Source: an uncultured delta proteobacterium
GTDB lineage: Bacteria; Desulfobacterota; Binatia; Binatales; Binataceae
NCBI GenBank assembly: GCA_963724395.1
Contig: CAVRUK010000006.1
Coordinates: forward strand, 2,379,125 to 2,443,124
Direction: 5' to 3'
DNA: 64,000 nt
Both the position numbers and the translations under genes were made by a program. Under the pieces are notes generated by a model, which saw only the letters and a program-made list of their open reading frames with translations, was not told where the DNA came from and did not search any database. Shown here piece after piece: positions 38,972-49,034 of the stretch; position 1 is the stretch's first letter; every line of letters begins with the position of its first letter.

Positions 38972-40123
38972 TCATTGCGCGTGGCTCGCCTCCGATCGGC
39001 GCGAGTCGCAGAGATCGAGCAGGAGCTTGCGCAACAAGTCCATCTGTTGCGATGGGTCGCACAGCTCACGCGCCCGCGCCGGTCCTGCCCTGCCCAGCGC
39101 GCGGCGAGCTTCGCCGTCGGCGATGAGCTTCTCGAGCGCCGCTGCCAATGCGTTCGGATCGTCCGACGGCACCATCACGCCGCATGAATCATTCACGATT
39201 TCGATTGCGCCGCCGATTTGGGTCGTGACCACCGGGATACCGGCATAGAGCGCCTCGATGAAGGCAATCCCGAACGGCTCCGGAGAAATATTCGGCTGGC
39301 AATGAAGGTCAGACGCGGCGAGCAGCCGCTCAACGTCGTCGCGCTGGCCCGCAAATCGCACCCGATCTTCAATTCCGAGCTCTGCCGCACTGGCACGGAG
39401 ACCGGCAAGGTAACGATGCTCGGGACCGCGCTGGGCGCCGCCGACGAACCAGATAATCCACTGGCTATTCGACTTGATAATTGATGCGGCCTGCATCAGC
39501 AATCGATGACCCTTCCATTCCTGCATGCGGGCGGCATGAACGATGACGACGGCCTCAGTTGGAGTAGTCAGTTCAGATCGCGCCGCGTCACGATCGCCGC
39601 GCGAATAGCTAATCGATGGCGCCGCGACCGGGCAATACACCACCTCAACGGGTATCGACGGGAAGGCCCCGCGAAATTCCCGCGCCGCGAACTGGCTATT
39701 GCAGATCACCAGGTCGGGACCCGCCATTTGCGCCCACTGCTCCAGCCAATCGTGTCCATTCGACGCCATATGCTGCCACATCGCGGCGGGCACGCGCGCC
39801 GTCTTCGACACCGAGCCGAACAGCGCCTGGGTCCACGCCATGTGGCATATGACGGCGTCGTAACGGCGCGACGCGAGGATTTCGCGCAGGCGCCGGCGCG
39901 CACGCATCAGGGTCAGAGGACGGCGGACGCGGACCTCGCCAAGCACGTGGAGTGGAACTCCGGCGGCGTCGAGCTCCCGGCTTAAGCGTCCCTCGAAGCA
40001 TACGGCGAACTCGGGCTCGACTTCGGGTGTGAGTCCGCGGCTTCGCGCCAGTGTCGTCAGCAGGGTCTCGACGCCGCCGAACAGGTTGCCGCTATTGATA
40101 TGCAGCACGCGCATCAGTTTCAA
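38972..40123 (-). CDS. glycosyltransferase family 4
   Basis: 'MKLMRVLHINSGNLFGGVE', 'EPFGIAFIEALYAGIPVV'. Confidence 0.85.
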   Translation of the reverse strand: MKLMRVLHINSGNLFGGVETLLTTLARSRGLTPEVEPEFAVCFEGRLSRELDAAGVPLHVLGEVRVRRPLTLMRARRRLREILASRRYDAVICHMAWTQALFGSVSKTARVPAAMWQHMASNGHDWLEQWAQMAGPDLVICNSQFAAREFRGAFPSIPVEVVYCPVAAPSISYSRGDRDAARSELTTPTEAVVIVHAARMQEWKGHRLLMQAASIIKSNSQWIIWFVGGAQRGPEHRYLAGLRASAAELGIEDRVRFAGQRDDVERLLAASDLHCQPNISPEPFGIAFIEALYAGIPVVTTQIGGAIEIVNDSCGVMVPSDDPNALAAALEKLIADGEARRALGRAGPARARELCDPSQQMDLLRKLLLDLCDSRRSEASHAQ

Positions 40124-41346
40124 AGCCGACTTTCGAGCAGTTGTTCGTAAATCGGTATCAGCTCGCGCGTCATGCGCGCGCGATCGAAGCGCTGTTCCGC
40201 GGTCTTGCGCGCGGCTTTACCGAGTTGCGATCTGAGTGGAGCGGCAGACGCGAGTTGACGGATAGAATCGGCAAGCGCCGCGGCGTCACCCGGTGCGATC
40301 GCGATAGCGTCCTCGCCGGATGTCACGATTTCCAGCGCGCCGCCCGCGGCGGCCACGATCACAACCTTGCCGCACGCCATCGATTCCGCGATCACGCGCC
40401 CGAACGGCTCCGGACGCGTGCTGGCGTGGACGACGATATCGAGCGAGCGAATTGCCGCAGCCGGATCATCGACAAAGCCGGTGAAGCCGACGTTGCCGTT
40501 AAGCGAAAGACCGCCGGCGATCCGCCGCAATTCGGCGAGACTCTTTTCACTTCCGCGAGTGCTGTAAACGCTGCCGCCAATTATGTATCCGCGCACCGGC
40601 AAGTCCCGCGGCAGCATCGCAAGCGCGCGCAGAAAAATCTCGTGCCCCTTCCATTGCGCCATGGTCGCGACCAACCCCACTCGCACCACCGCGCTCTGCG
40701 GCGGTGTCAGCGCGGCCAGCATGTCGAGATCGGCGGACGCACCAACCGGGTTAAACTTCCCGAGGTCGATTCCGTTGTACAGCGCCACCGTTCTGGAAAT
40801 TCCTGGACAGGCAACCCTCAGGTCGTCCGCGACGCTGCGCGAATTCGTCAGCGCGAGCGTGCATCGCCGTGAATGCATCGCGAGCAGGCGCGACATTGCC
40901 GGCCGCTGTCCCACATAGTCGCGTACGTGCCAGATAATTGGCACCGAAGCGGGCGCCGCCCAGGCGGCCAGGATGTGCGCCTTGAAGCCGTTGGAATGTA
41001 CAAGGCCCGGACGCTCCGCTCTAATCGCCGAGCGCAGCGCCGGCAGATGCCGAAGCGCGGCGATTCCCGCGCGGGAAAGTCCCGCGACCAACCTCGCCGT
41101 CTGCATTGCACCGCCGGGCGAGTTTGCGGAAGCCGAATCGCCGAATCGCGCCAACCCCGATCGATACTCGATGGCGCTGGCCGCGACGCCGATTTCGCGG
41201 GCCGCTTCGAGCAACGGGCCATACTCTCCCGCTATCAGCGACAATTTCCAATGGGGACGGAGCGCACGCAGCTCGGCCATGATGTCGAGCAGGCTGCGCT
41301 CGGCGCCGCCCAACTGCGCGGCAGGATTGAGGTAAAGTATCTTCAC
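40120..41346 (-). CDS. glycosyltransferase family 4
   Basis: 'MKILYLNPAAQLGGAERS', 'EPFGRVIAESMACGKVVI'; 4 nt overlap with the next gene. Confidence 0.85.
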   Translation of the reverse strand: MKILYLNPAAQLGGAERSLLDIMAELRALRPHWKLSLIAGEYGPLLEAAREIGVAASAIEYRSGLARFGDSASANSPGGAMQTARLVAGLSRAGIAALRHLPALRSAIRAERPGLVHSNGFKAHILAAWAAPASVPIIWHVRDYVGQRPAMSRLLAMHSRRCTLALTNSRSVADDLRVACPGISRTVALYNGIDLGKFNPVGASADLDMLAALTPPQSAVVRVGLVATMAQWKGHEIFLRALAMLPRDLPVRGYIIGGSVYSTRGSEKSLAELRRIAGGLSLNGNVGFTGFVDDPAAAIRSLDIVVHASTRPEPFGRVIAESMACGKVVIVAAAGGALEIVTSGEDAIAIAPGDAAALADSIRQLASAAPLRSQLGKAARKTAEQRFDRARMTRELIPIYEQLLESRL

Positions 41347-41367
41347 GCATCGACGCCGGAGTATGCG

Positions 41368-44238
41368 CTAGGGGGTTTGCGCTCCGGCCTGTGCGGGACC
41401 GGCGTTGGCAAACTTTTTGTGGAAAGAGTCGAAGCTCGATTTGTAATTCTCGTTATCCGGCGCTAGTTGGACCGCACGCGCATAGGCCTTGTCGGCGTCG
41501 GCGTAGTTGTATGCTTGCTCGTCCGCCTGCGCCAGTGAGTAGTAGGCCGGCGCCGAATCCGGGTCTAACTGGATCGCCCTGCCGAGCGTGATCACGGCCT
41601 GGTTGAAATCGCGATTGTGAGCGTAGAGGGTGCCGAGCCGGAGCATCACGTCGAACGAGTCCGGGCGCTCAGCGGCAATTTGCTTGATCGCGTCGATCGC
41701 CGACGGAAGGTCGCCCATCTCCTCCGCGGCATCCGCCTGCAGCAACTCCATCGCGTAACGGTCGACTCCGTTGTCGATGGCCTGGGCGATCGTGCTCTTG
41801 ATCCCTGCCATGTCCTTCTGCCGCGCGTATACGTCCCTTGCCAGCCCGTAATACGCGTTCGGATTGTCGGGCTCGATTGCGATCGCTTTTTCCAGCAAAG
41901 ACCGCGCGCGTTTGAAGTCGCGCCCTCGCGACGCAGCGTCAGCAGCGTTCATCAGGTCCAGGTACTGGGTATGAGAATCGCGTGCGTGTTGCGCGCCGTC
42001 GGCGTAAAGCGACGCTTCGTCGGAATATTTTCCGACCCCGTCATCCAGGGTGGCCGCCGCCGTGAGTGCGCCGGGGATCTGCTCGGCACTCGCGCGCGCG
42101 ATTCCGCGTTCGATCGCGCTGCGTTCATCCTGCGATAGCCAGCCGATGATCCGATCCGACATATAAGGATGCGTCCGCGGCCACGGCGAGTTGAATACTG
42201 AAAGTTCGATCTGCTTGAGCGCGTCCGCATTTCTGCCGGCCGCCGCAAGTTCCCGCATGTATGCGTCGCGCGTGTAAGGATTCATGGGATCGAGTGCGAC
42301 CGCGATCTCCCACTCGCGGATACGGTCTGGAAGCCGCATGCGAGCGCCGAGAAAATCGACCGTCGCTACATGCGAAAATGCGTTGGCCGGGTACAGCAGC
42401 AGCATCCACTTTGCCTGCGCGACGGAACTGGGCGGCTCCAGATTGTACGGATACGCAATCGCGGGTTGCGCGAACGTCGCCGCGAGCAGCGCGACGGCCG
42501 ATATCGGCACCCAGATTCGCGCAAACACGCCGCGCGGTACTTCGAACGCGTCAGCATCCCCGTCGACGGTCCACGACCACGAGACCCTGACCGCGAGGCC
42601 GAGAATCATCGCAAAGAAAAAAGCGATCGCTGGAATCTGCAGATCGAAATCAAAAAACTCAACCACGCACATGATCGCCAGCGCCCCCACCAGCGCTGCC
42701 TGGACCGGCACGATCTTCCCGGGCAACTGCGCGAACCTGCGATAGATGAAGCTGCCGGCACGCAGGATGAACCACGCCGCCAGCACCAGCCCGGCCACTC
42801 CGGTCTCCGCGATCAGTTGCAGATAGTCGTTGTGCGCCTCTGAAAGGTACAGTTCCGACCACGGCCGTGCGCGGTATCGCGTGAACAGCTCGGGCCACGT
42901 CCGAAGGCCCATTCCCACCGCGGGAAAATCCTCGACTATCTTGAGTCCGTTGGCCCATCCACTTGTCCGGTCCGGCAAAGCGGCGTCGACCTCCAGAGAA
43001 TACTGCACGCGCGCAGTCACCTGGGTCCTGCCGCTCGCTCCGATGAACGACATCGCCAGCACCAGCATGCACGACGCTCCCACCAGCGCGATTCGGCGCG
43101 AACGCACGGTACCTTTGCTGCCTTCCTCCTGGCGGGAGGTCAGAACCATCACCAGCAACACGCCGAGCGCGAGACCCGTCCAGCCGGCCCGCGACTGGCT
43201 CATCAGAATCGCGGCCATCAGTACGAACGACGTCACGCCGCATGCTATGCGGTACCCATTCGACCACCGCGAAGAAATCAACGGGCTGCCAAAGAACGTT
43301 CCCGAAATCGCGAGCGGGAAAATCATCGAGAGGAAGCCGGCGAAATGATCGGGGTCAACAAACGGACCGCTGGCCCGCGGCATGATACCCGATTGCGGAG
43401 CGCCCCAATCGAGCGGCACGAAAAACCACAGAATCCTGCCGTTCCAGGTCGCTTGCTGAACCAGCCCAAGCGTCGCGATCCCCAGCCCCACCGCAAGAAA
43501 GACCGTCATCACGGTGCCGACAAACCAATCACGCTCTACCGTGGAAGCGATTGCACCAACGGGAACGAACGCCACCAGCATGAACAGCGCACCGCATGCC
43601 GCAAACAAAACCAATCCCGACCACGACAGCACCGGCGCGATCGAAAGAGGCCGCCACGTCGTCGAGTAGATTTTCGAAAGCCTCCGCAAGCTTCGATCTG
43701 AGGAACCGCTGCCTGCTTCGCTGGCGCCGTTACCCGCGTCGCTTCTTGCCGCCTGCGATCTCGGTGCAAATGGAATCGGCGCACCCGCCTTCACCTCGTC
43801 GACCGTCGGCAGCACCACGGTCCGAGCCTCTGTCCCCGAGGACGCCGGATGCTCCGGATTGAGAGAACCTTCCAGGCCCGCGTATGGAGATTGCGCGGGC
43901 CACCCGGGAAATACCTGCTGGTAAAGCGTGTAGGTGGATGGCGACAGGAAATGAACCGCCGCCGGTGGCAGCGGTATCAATTGCAGCAAAGCAAACGAGA
44001 GAAACGCTACGATCGGCATCGCGAAAGTTCGAATCTGGATTCGAAGTTCCGCAGGCTGCCCGTCACGCGCCGCGCGGCCGAAGGGCCACAGCAGCAGGAG
44101 CGCGAACGCCGATGCTTCGCCGATCTTGTAGGCCCACGGATGGACCGCCCCGAACGCCAGCGGCATGAACACGGCCAGAAAAACAATTCCAGCCATCAGC
44201 AGCGCCCGGCGCTTGCGGTTATCGTGCATGCGACTCAA
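41368..44238 (-). CDS. O-antigen ligase (Wzy_C) domain membrane protein fused to C-terminal TPR repeats
   Basis: Wzy_C-like core ('MSQSRAGWTGLALGVLLVMVL'); about 300 aa C-terminal TPR-like repeats ('AYYGLARDVYARQ', 'APAYYSLAQADEQ'). Confidence 0.75.
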   Translation of the reverse strand: MSRMHDNRKRRALLMAGIVFLAVFMPLAFGAVHPWAYKIGEASAFALLLLWPFGRAARDGQPAELRIQIRTFAMPIVAFLSFALLQLIPLPPAAVHFLSPSTYTLYQQVFPGWPAQSPYAGLEGSLNPEHPASSGTEARTVVLPTVDEVKAGAPIPFAPRSQAARSDAGNGASEAGSGSSDRSLRRLSKIYSTTWRPLSIAPVLSWSGLVLFAACGALFMLVAFVPVGAIASTVERDWFVGTVMTVFLAVGLGIATLGLVQQATWNGRILWFFVPLDWGAPQSGIMPRASGPFVDPDHFAGFLSMIFPLAISGTFFGSPLISSRWSNGYRIACGVTSFVLMAAILMSQSRAGWTGLALGVLLVMVLTSRQEEGSKGTVRSRRIALVGASCMLVLAMSFIGASGRTQVTARVQYSLEVDAALPDRTSGWANGLKIVEDFPAVGMGLRTWPELFTRYRARPWSELYLSEAHNDYLQLIAETGVAGLVLAAWFILRAGSFIYRRFAQLPGKIVPVQAALVGALAIMCVVEFFDFDLQIPAIAFFFAMILGLAVRVSWSWTVDGDADAFEVPRGVFARIWVPISAVALLAATFAQPAIAYPYNLEPPSSVAQAKWMLLLYPANAFSHVATVDFLGARMRLPDRIREWEIAVALDPMNPYTRDAYMRELAAAGRNADALKQIELSVFNSPWPRTHPYMSDRIIGWLSQDERSAIERGIARASAEQIPGALTAAATLDDGVGKYSDEASLYADGAQHARDSHTQYLDLMNAADAASRGRDFKRARSLLEKAIAIEPDNPNAYYGLARDVYARQKDMAGIKSTIAQAIDNGVDRYAMELLQADAAEEMGDLPSAIDAIKQIAAERPDSFDVMLRLGTLYAHNRDFNQAVITLGRAIQLDPDSAPAYYSLAQADEQAYNYADADKAYARAVQLAPDNENYKSSFDSFHKKFANAGPAQAGAQTP

Positions 44239-44304
44239 ATCGGCTGTGGATTTCGCGGGGGAGGCTCGATCCGATCTACCGACTACGGCTCAACAAAATC
44301 CCTG

Positions 44305-46680
44305 CTATGCGTTGTCAGGACCACTGGAATCTTTGTAGAGCATTTCGAACGTGGCATCGGGTTTCGTGTAATGATTGTAGTAGTGTGAGTAGTGCCCGTA
44401 GCCAGGATGCTTCACGTCTATCTCGTTCAGCAGCACGCCAAAGACTTTTGCGCGCGCGTATTCGAGCTTGGCGCACGCCATCTTCACGTGATGCTTCGAG
44501 GTCTTGAGGCTGTTCACGACCAGCACCACTCCATCGACGACCGTTGCCAGCAGCAGCGCGTCGCTTACCGGCATCACCGGCGGCGAGTCGATGATCACCA
44601 CATCATGCTCATGAGCAACCATGCTGAGCACCTGGTTCATTCGCTCTGATCCCAGCAGTTCGGTGGGATTGGGCGGCAGCGAGCCCGCGCTCATGAACGA
44701 AAGGCCGTCAACGAGGGTCGTTCTGATCACATCCTGCACTTCGCAGGTTCCGGTCAGCACTTCGGTCAAGCCCGACGAGTTCTCCACCGCTAGCACGCGA
44801 TGGCAGCGCGGTTTTCTGAGATCGGCGTCGATTAGGAGTACACGCGCACCGGTCTGCGCGAACATCGCCGCCGTGTTAGTCGCCGACACGGTCTTGCCCT
44901 CCGCGCTGTGCGCGCTGGTGAACAGGATCGTCTTGGGCGGCGCTCCCGCCCTCGACAGCATCAGCGCGGTCCTGAAACTGCGATAGGCCTCGCCGACCAG
45001 CGAATACGGATTTGCCACTCCGAGCAATTCGCGCCCGTAGCCGATCTTCTTGACGCCGTTTTCTTCCGGCAGCAGTGTCGTGTCTTTCGCCTTGAGGCGA
45101 ATGCCGGCGAACGACGGAATCGCACCGATATTCGGCACGCGCAGGTATCGTTCCACCTGTTCCGGTGTCTTGAGCGTGGTGTCCAGGTATTCCAGCCCAA
45201 AGACCAGCCCGATCACGGCGAACAGCGCCAGCGCGGTGTTGCGCACAATCATGCTGAATTTTTTCGGACTGGAGGGCCCGCCCGGCGTTTCCGCCGGATC
45301 CACGATTATGATGTTCGAGGTCTGCGACTCTGCCGCCAGCGCGATGCCCTTCATCCGCTGCAGTACGCTCTCATAGAGTTCGCGGTTGGTATCGACTTCG
45401 CGCTGAAGAATCGCGTATTCAACCGCCGCATCGTTCAGCCCCAGCGCCTGCTGGCGCTCCTTGTCCATCTCGACCTGAAGCTTTTTTTCCTTGTCGGATG
45501 CGGCCTGGAAAGAGCCCTGGATCCCCTCGATGACCCGCGAAATCTCCGCGTCGAGGCGCCGTTCCAGTTCCTGTCGCTTGGCCGCCATCTGCGCCATCGG
45601 CGGGTAGTCGGGCTTAAATTTTTTCCCCATGCTGGCGTAGTCGGCGTCAAGCGTATTCAACTGCGATTGCACGGCTTGAACCGCCGCATCGCTCATCACC
45701 GCCGGCATCGAATCGTATTTGCGGCTGTTGATCAGCTGCACCTGCGCCTCGAGCCCGATCCGCTCCACCTGCGCGGTCGTGAGGTCCTTGCTCAATTCCG
45801 AAATTCGGTCGAGAACGACTGTCTCCTTGCCATCCAGCGACATCAGGCCGGGGACGATTCCTTTCGCGCGGCGATAGTCATTCACCGCGATCTCGGACTT
45901 CTCCAGGCTGTCCTTCAGTTCACTGAGCCGCTGCTTGAGGAAACTTTCCGCTTCCTCGTTGGCCTGGCTGCGAAGTTGGATTCCCAGCGCGATATATCCG
46001 TGCGCGTGCGCGTTGGCGAGTTTGGCCGCGAGATTCCGATCGGTCGAAACGTATGCGATCCTCACCAGATCGGTGTCGGGTACCGGCGATATCCGCAGAC
46101 CACCCAGGTAGGCACCGACCAGTCCTGCGGAAACTCCGTTGTGCGCCGTCCCGGTGTCCTCAGGTTGCGGTCGGGGCTTGCGCCCGCTGGTCTGATTCAG
46201 CCAACGGCTGACAGACGACAGCGCGGTCGAAATCAAGCCCGGTTGCGGCTTTGGTCCGATGAACGCTTTATTCTGTTCCAGGTTCTCTGCGCGAACTACG
46301 TATGCGGCCAGACTTCGGCTGCGTAGAATTTCGTACTGCGTCTTCTGGAAGTTCTCGTACATATCCGAGTCGTACCAGGGCTCCTGATCCCCCTGCACAT
46401 CCTTGCCTTCCATGATCTGCGGAGTTCCCGGTTTCAGCAGTATCGTCGCCTCCGCCGTGTAGAGCGGCGTCTGCATGAATTCGTAGATGGTGGTCAATAC
46501 CAGGGCCGCGAACACGACCCCGATAACCAACGCCAGGCGCTTGCGGATTACGTGCCAGTAGCCAAGCAGATCGATACGGCCTTCTTCTTCGTCGAAGCTT
46601 CCCGCGCCGAAGCCGGCCCCGCGCACGGGTTCCTCGAGATGGCTCGTGCGACGAATGAAATATGGTGACGGTTGGGTCAT
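44305..46680 (-). CDS. wzc: polysaccharide co-polymerase / BY-kinase (Wzc/GumC-like)
   Basis: Wzz-like chain-length-determinant N-terminus; coiled-coil periplasmic region; Walker A 'SAHSAEGKTVSATN'; C-terminal Tyr cluster 'YGHYSHYYNHY'. Confidence 0.85.
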   Translation of the reverse strand: MTQPSPYFIRRTSHLEEPVRGAGFGAGSFDEEEGRIDLLGYWHVIRKRLALVIGVVFAALVLTTIYEFMQTPLYTAEATILLKPGTPQIMEGKDVQGDQEPWYDSDMYENFQKTQYEILRSRSLAAYVVRAENLEQNKAFIGPKPQPGLISTALSSVSRWLNQTSGRKPRPQPEDTGTAHNGVSAGLVGAYLGGLRISPVPDTDLVRIAYVSTDRNLAAKLANAHAHGYIALGIQLRSQANEEAESFLKQRLSELKDSLEKSEIAVNDYRRAKGIVPGLMSLDGKETVVLDRISELSKDLTTAQVERIGLEAQVQLINSRKYDSMPAVMSDAAVQAVQSQLNTLDADYASMGKKFKPDYPPMAQMAAKRQELERRLDAEISRVIEGIQGSFQAASDKEKKLQVEMDKERQQALGLNDAAVEYAILQREVDTNRELYESVLQRMKGIALAAESQTSNIIIVDPAETPGGPSSPKKFSMIVRNTALALFAVIGLVFGLEYLDTTLKTPEQVERYLRVPNIGAIPSFAGIRLKAKDTTLLPEENGVKKIGYGRELLGVANPYSLVGEAYRSFRTALMLSRAGAPPKTILFTSAHSAEGKTVSATNTAAMFAQTGARVLLIDADLRKPRCHRVLAVENSSGLTEVLTGTCEVQDVIRTTLVDGLSFMSAGSLPPNPTELLGSERMNQVLSMVAHEHDVVIIDSPPVMPVSDALLLATVVDGVVLVVNSLKTSKHHVKMACAKLEYARAKVFGVLLNEIDVKHPGYGHYSHYYNHYTKPDATFEMLYKDSSGPDNA

Positions 46681-46696
46681 ATCACTAGATTCACCT

Positions 46697-47992
46697 TTAG
46701 AAAGTCGGCAACGGGATCGCCATCCGGGTCAGCACGTTGTACACGACATACGGTCCAATCTTGGCGTCGGAGTATGGAACGTCGATTACGTCGTTCGCCC
46801 GGACCGGGATGTCAGGCGCCGCGCCCTTGGCAATTTTGTCCAGATCGATGGGTATCGCAACCTTGTTGCCATTGCCGTCGCTGCGCATCAACGTCGCACT
46901 CCCGGGAGCGGCTGCATACATCGCTCCGCCCGCCGAGCCGACCGCGCCCAGCACCGTCAGCCCCGAACCGACCTGGAAGTAGCCCGGCCGGTAGACCCAG
47001 CCGGTTACCATGACATTGCCCCCGCCGGGAACCACGACTATATCGCCAGGTTCCACAGGCATGTTCATGAAGTGCGCGCTCCCGGTCATGGCGGTAGCCT
47101 TCAAGGGAATAACCACTGCGGGTCCGTTGGTTACGCTCTGCTGCAGATCCTGCAGGGTGGGCGCGCCTTTCGGCGGCGGCACGGTTAGAACGTTGGCTGG
47201 AGGGCCGGCATGCGGATCCCCGTTGTCCGCGACGCTGACTGGACGACCGGCTTCCGCCGGCGACGCCATGGATTGCGCGACGCGTTGCAGTTGTATCCCT
47301 CCGCTGGTGTTCTGCGGCATGATGACGACTTCGTCGGCCGCTTCGGGGGTCGTGCCGCCCGCCTGCGTTATCACGTCAAGAATCGATTCGCCCGCTCCGC
47401 TGAGTGTAACCAACCCCGGCGCGCGGACGGCGCCCACCACGGCGACCTGCCGGCTCTTGTATTCCTTGACGAACAGGTCCACCTGCGGGTCGTACATGTA
47501 TTTTTCCAATGCAGTCGTGAGCTTGTCCCGCAGCTCGGATTCCGGAATGCCCGCAGCGTGGATTGAGCCGACCAGCGGCAAATCGATGTTGCCTTCGCTG
47601 CCAACCCTTACCGTGCGCTCCTTGAAATCATCCACTCCCGGCACCGAGATCTGAAGCACGTCGCCGACGCCGATCGGATAGTCGGTCGAGGTGGCTTTCG
47701 ATCGCACCGCCCACAGCGCGGCCAGCCGCTCGAGGTTCTTCGGCGAGTTCGCAACGCTTGGTATGCTTGCCGCCGCTGACGGCGACGAAACTGCCTCCGG
47801 CGATGCTGCCGCCGCCGATGAGGGTGAATCCGCCGCAGATGGCGACGCAGCAGCCGCCGCGGGCGGTGCATCCGCCGCATCTCCCTGAGGTGGCGCATCT
47901 CCGGGAGGTGGCGCGCTCGCGCAACCAATCAGCGCCGCGGCCGCAAATGCGGCAACTATGTACAGAACCCAACGTGTCGCGTGTTTGATCAT
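46697..47992 (-). CDS. wza: polysaccharide export outer-membrane protein (Wza-like OPX)
   Basis: Lipoprotein signal 'AALIGCAS'; Poly_export motif 'YPIGVGDVLQISV...GNIDLPLVGSIHAAG'; SLBB-like repeats. Start moved to MIKHATRW. Confidence 0.8.
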   Translation of the reverse strand: MIKHATRWVLYIVAAFAAAALIGCASAPPPGDAPPQGDAADAPPAAAAASPSAADSPSSAAAASPEAVSSPSAAASIPSVANSPKNLERLAALWAVRSKATSTDYPIGVGDVLQISVPGVDDFKERTVRVGSEGNIDLPLVGSIHAAGIPESELRDKLTTALEKYMYDPQVDLFVKEYKSRQVAVVGAVRAPGLVTLSGAGESILDVITQAGGTTPEAADEVVIMPQNTSGGIQLQRVAQSMASPAEAGRPVSVADNGDPHAGPPANVLTVPPPKGAPTLQDLQQSVTNGPAVVIPLKATAMTGSAHFMNMPVEPGDIVVVPGGGNVMVTGWVYRPGYFQVGSGLTVLGAVGSAGGAMYAAAPGSATLMRSDGNGNKVAIPIDLDKIAKGAAPDIPVRANDVIDVPYSDAKIGPYVVYNVLTRMAIPLPTF

Positions 47993-48438
47993 TTCGATTT
48001 CGAGACCCCTGCATCCGTTGCCGAGGCTCCCGCCTTTGCGATCGCCAGCGGCTGAGCCGTCGGCGACAACCCCCAATTTACGGTCAACCCTTCTGCGGGC
48101 ACATATGACATCACTGGCAGATATGACGTCACTGACTGACCCTTAAGCACCAGCGTGTAAGGACCCGGCTTGAGACCGCGTACTCGGTACGATCCTTCGC
48201 CATCGGTGACGACCGAACCTGCGCTTGCGCCGGATGAATCGAGCACCGAAACTTGAATCCCCACTGCGGGTTGTCCGGTCTCATTTGCGACGTGGCCGAC
48301 GACGTCCGCGCTCCATGCCGCCGCCGTCAGTATTATCGCGAACGCTCCAGTCATGGCCAATGTCGCGAGCGGTTTTCTCCGGGCACGCGTCCGCCCTCCC
48401 ATCGAGCGGGCCTTCCGATAAACGCCGTTAGAACTCAT
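47989..48438 (-). CDS. secreted carboxypeptidase-regulatory-domain-like protein
   Basis: Signal peptide; 'VSVLDSSGASAGSVVTDGEGSYRVRGLKPGPYTL' fold motif. Shares 'PAEGLT..W.LSPT' with 19885..20391. Confidence 0.5.
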   Translation of the reverse strand: MSSNGVYRKARSMGGRTRARRKPLATLAMTGAFAIILTAAAWSADVVGHVANETGQPAVGIQVSVLDSSGASAGSVVTDGEGSYRVRGLKPGPYTLVLKGQSVTSYLPVMSYVPAEGLTVNWGLSPTAQPLAIAKAGASATDAGVSKSK

Positions 48439-49034
48439 GTCTCCCCCAGCCGTTCGCTTCCCCGGACGTGAACAAAACTCAGCGCCGGCGCACTGTCTGA
48501 GCGTTTGGGCAGCCGTCAGCCGCGACCTGATAGAAACTCATCGATTGATCGCGCATCTAGTTTGGCTTCTGATTTCCGAAGGTAAATACCGTTAAACTAT
48601 AGTGAAACGTGAAAAGCGAGTCCGGTTCGCACGAGCTTGCATCCCACCCGAAACGATCTCTGGGCGACAAAAATATCACCCAAATCCCTCCGGTACGAAA
48701 AAGTGTCCGGTCCAGAATCAAGGCTGGATGCTAGCAAGTTCGCTGATGTTAAAGCAAGTAACGAATGCCTAAGAAAAGATGAGACGACGTACGACGCGTG
48801 AACGCTCGCAATTCGTCGCGCTCGCGTCCGCAAACACACCCGGGATAGGAATCGGGGCCCTATCGCGACTCAATTACAGACCACTTCGGTTCCGGTGCCG
48901 GTGAATGCGACGCTGCCGTTCGCCTGGCGCAGCGATCGGTCGCAGTCGCGTAGGCTATACTGGATTTCGGTTCAGGGAACGGCCACACCAACCTCCCAGC
49001 GGGTTGCAGTCCATGATAGCGAACTTCTCACGCT

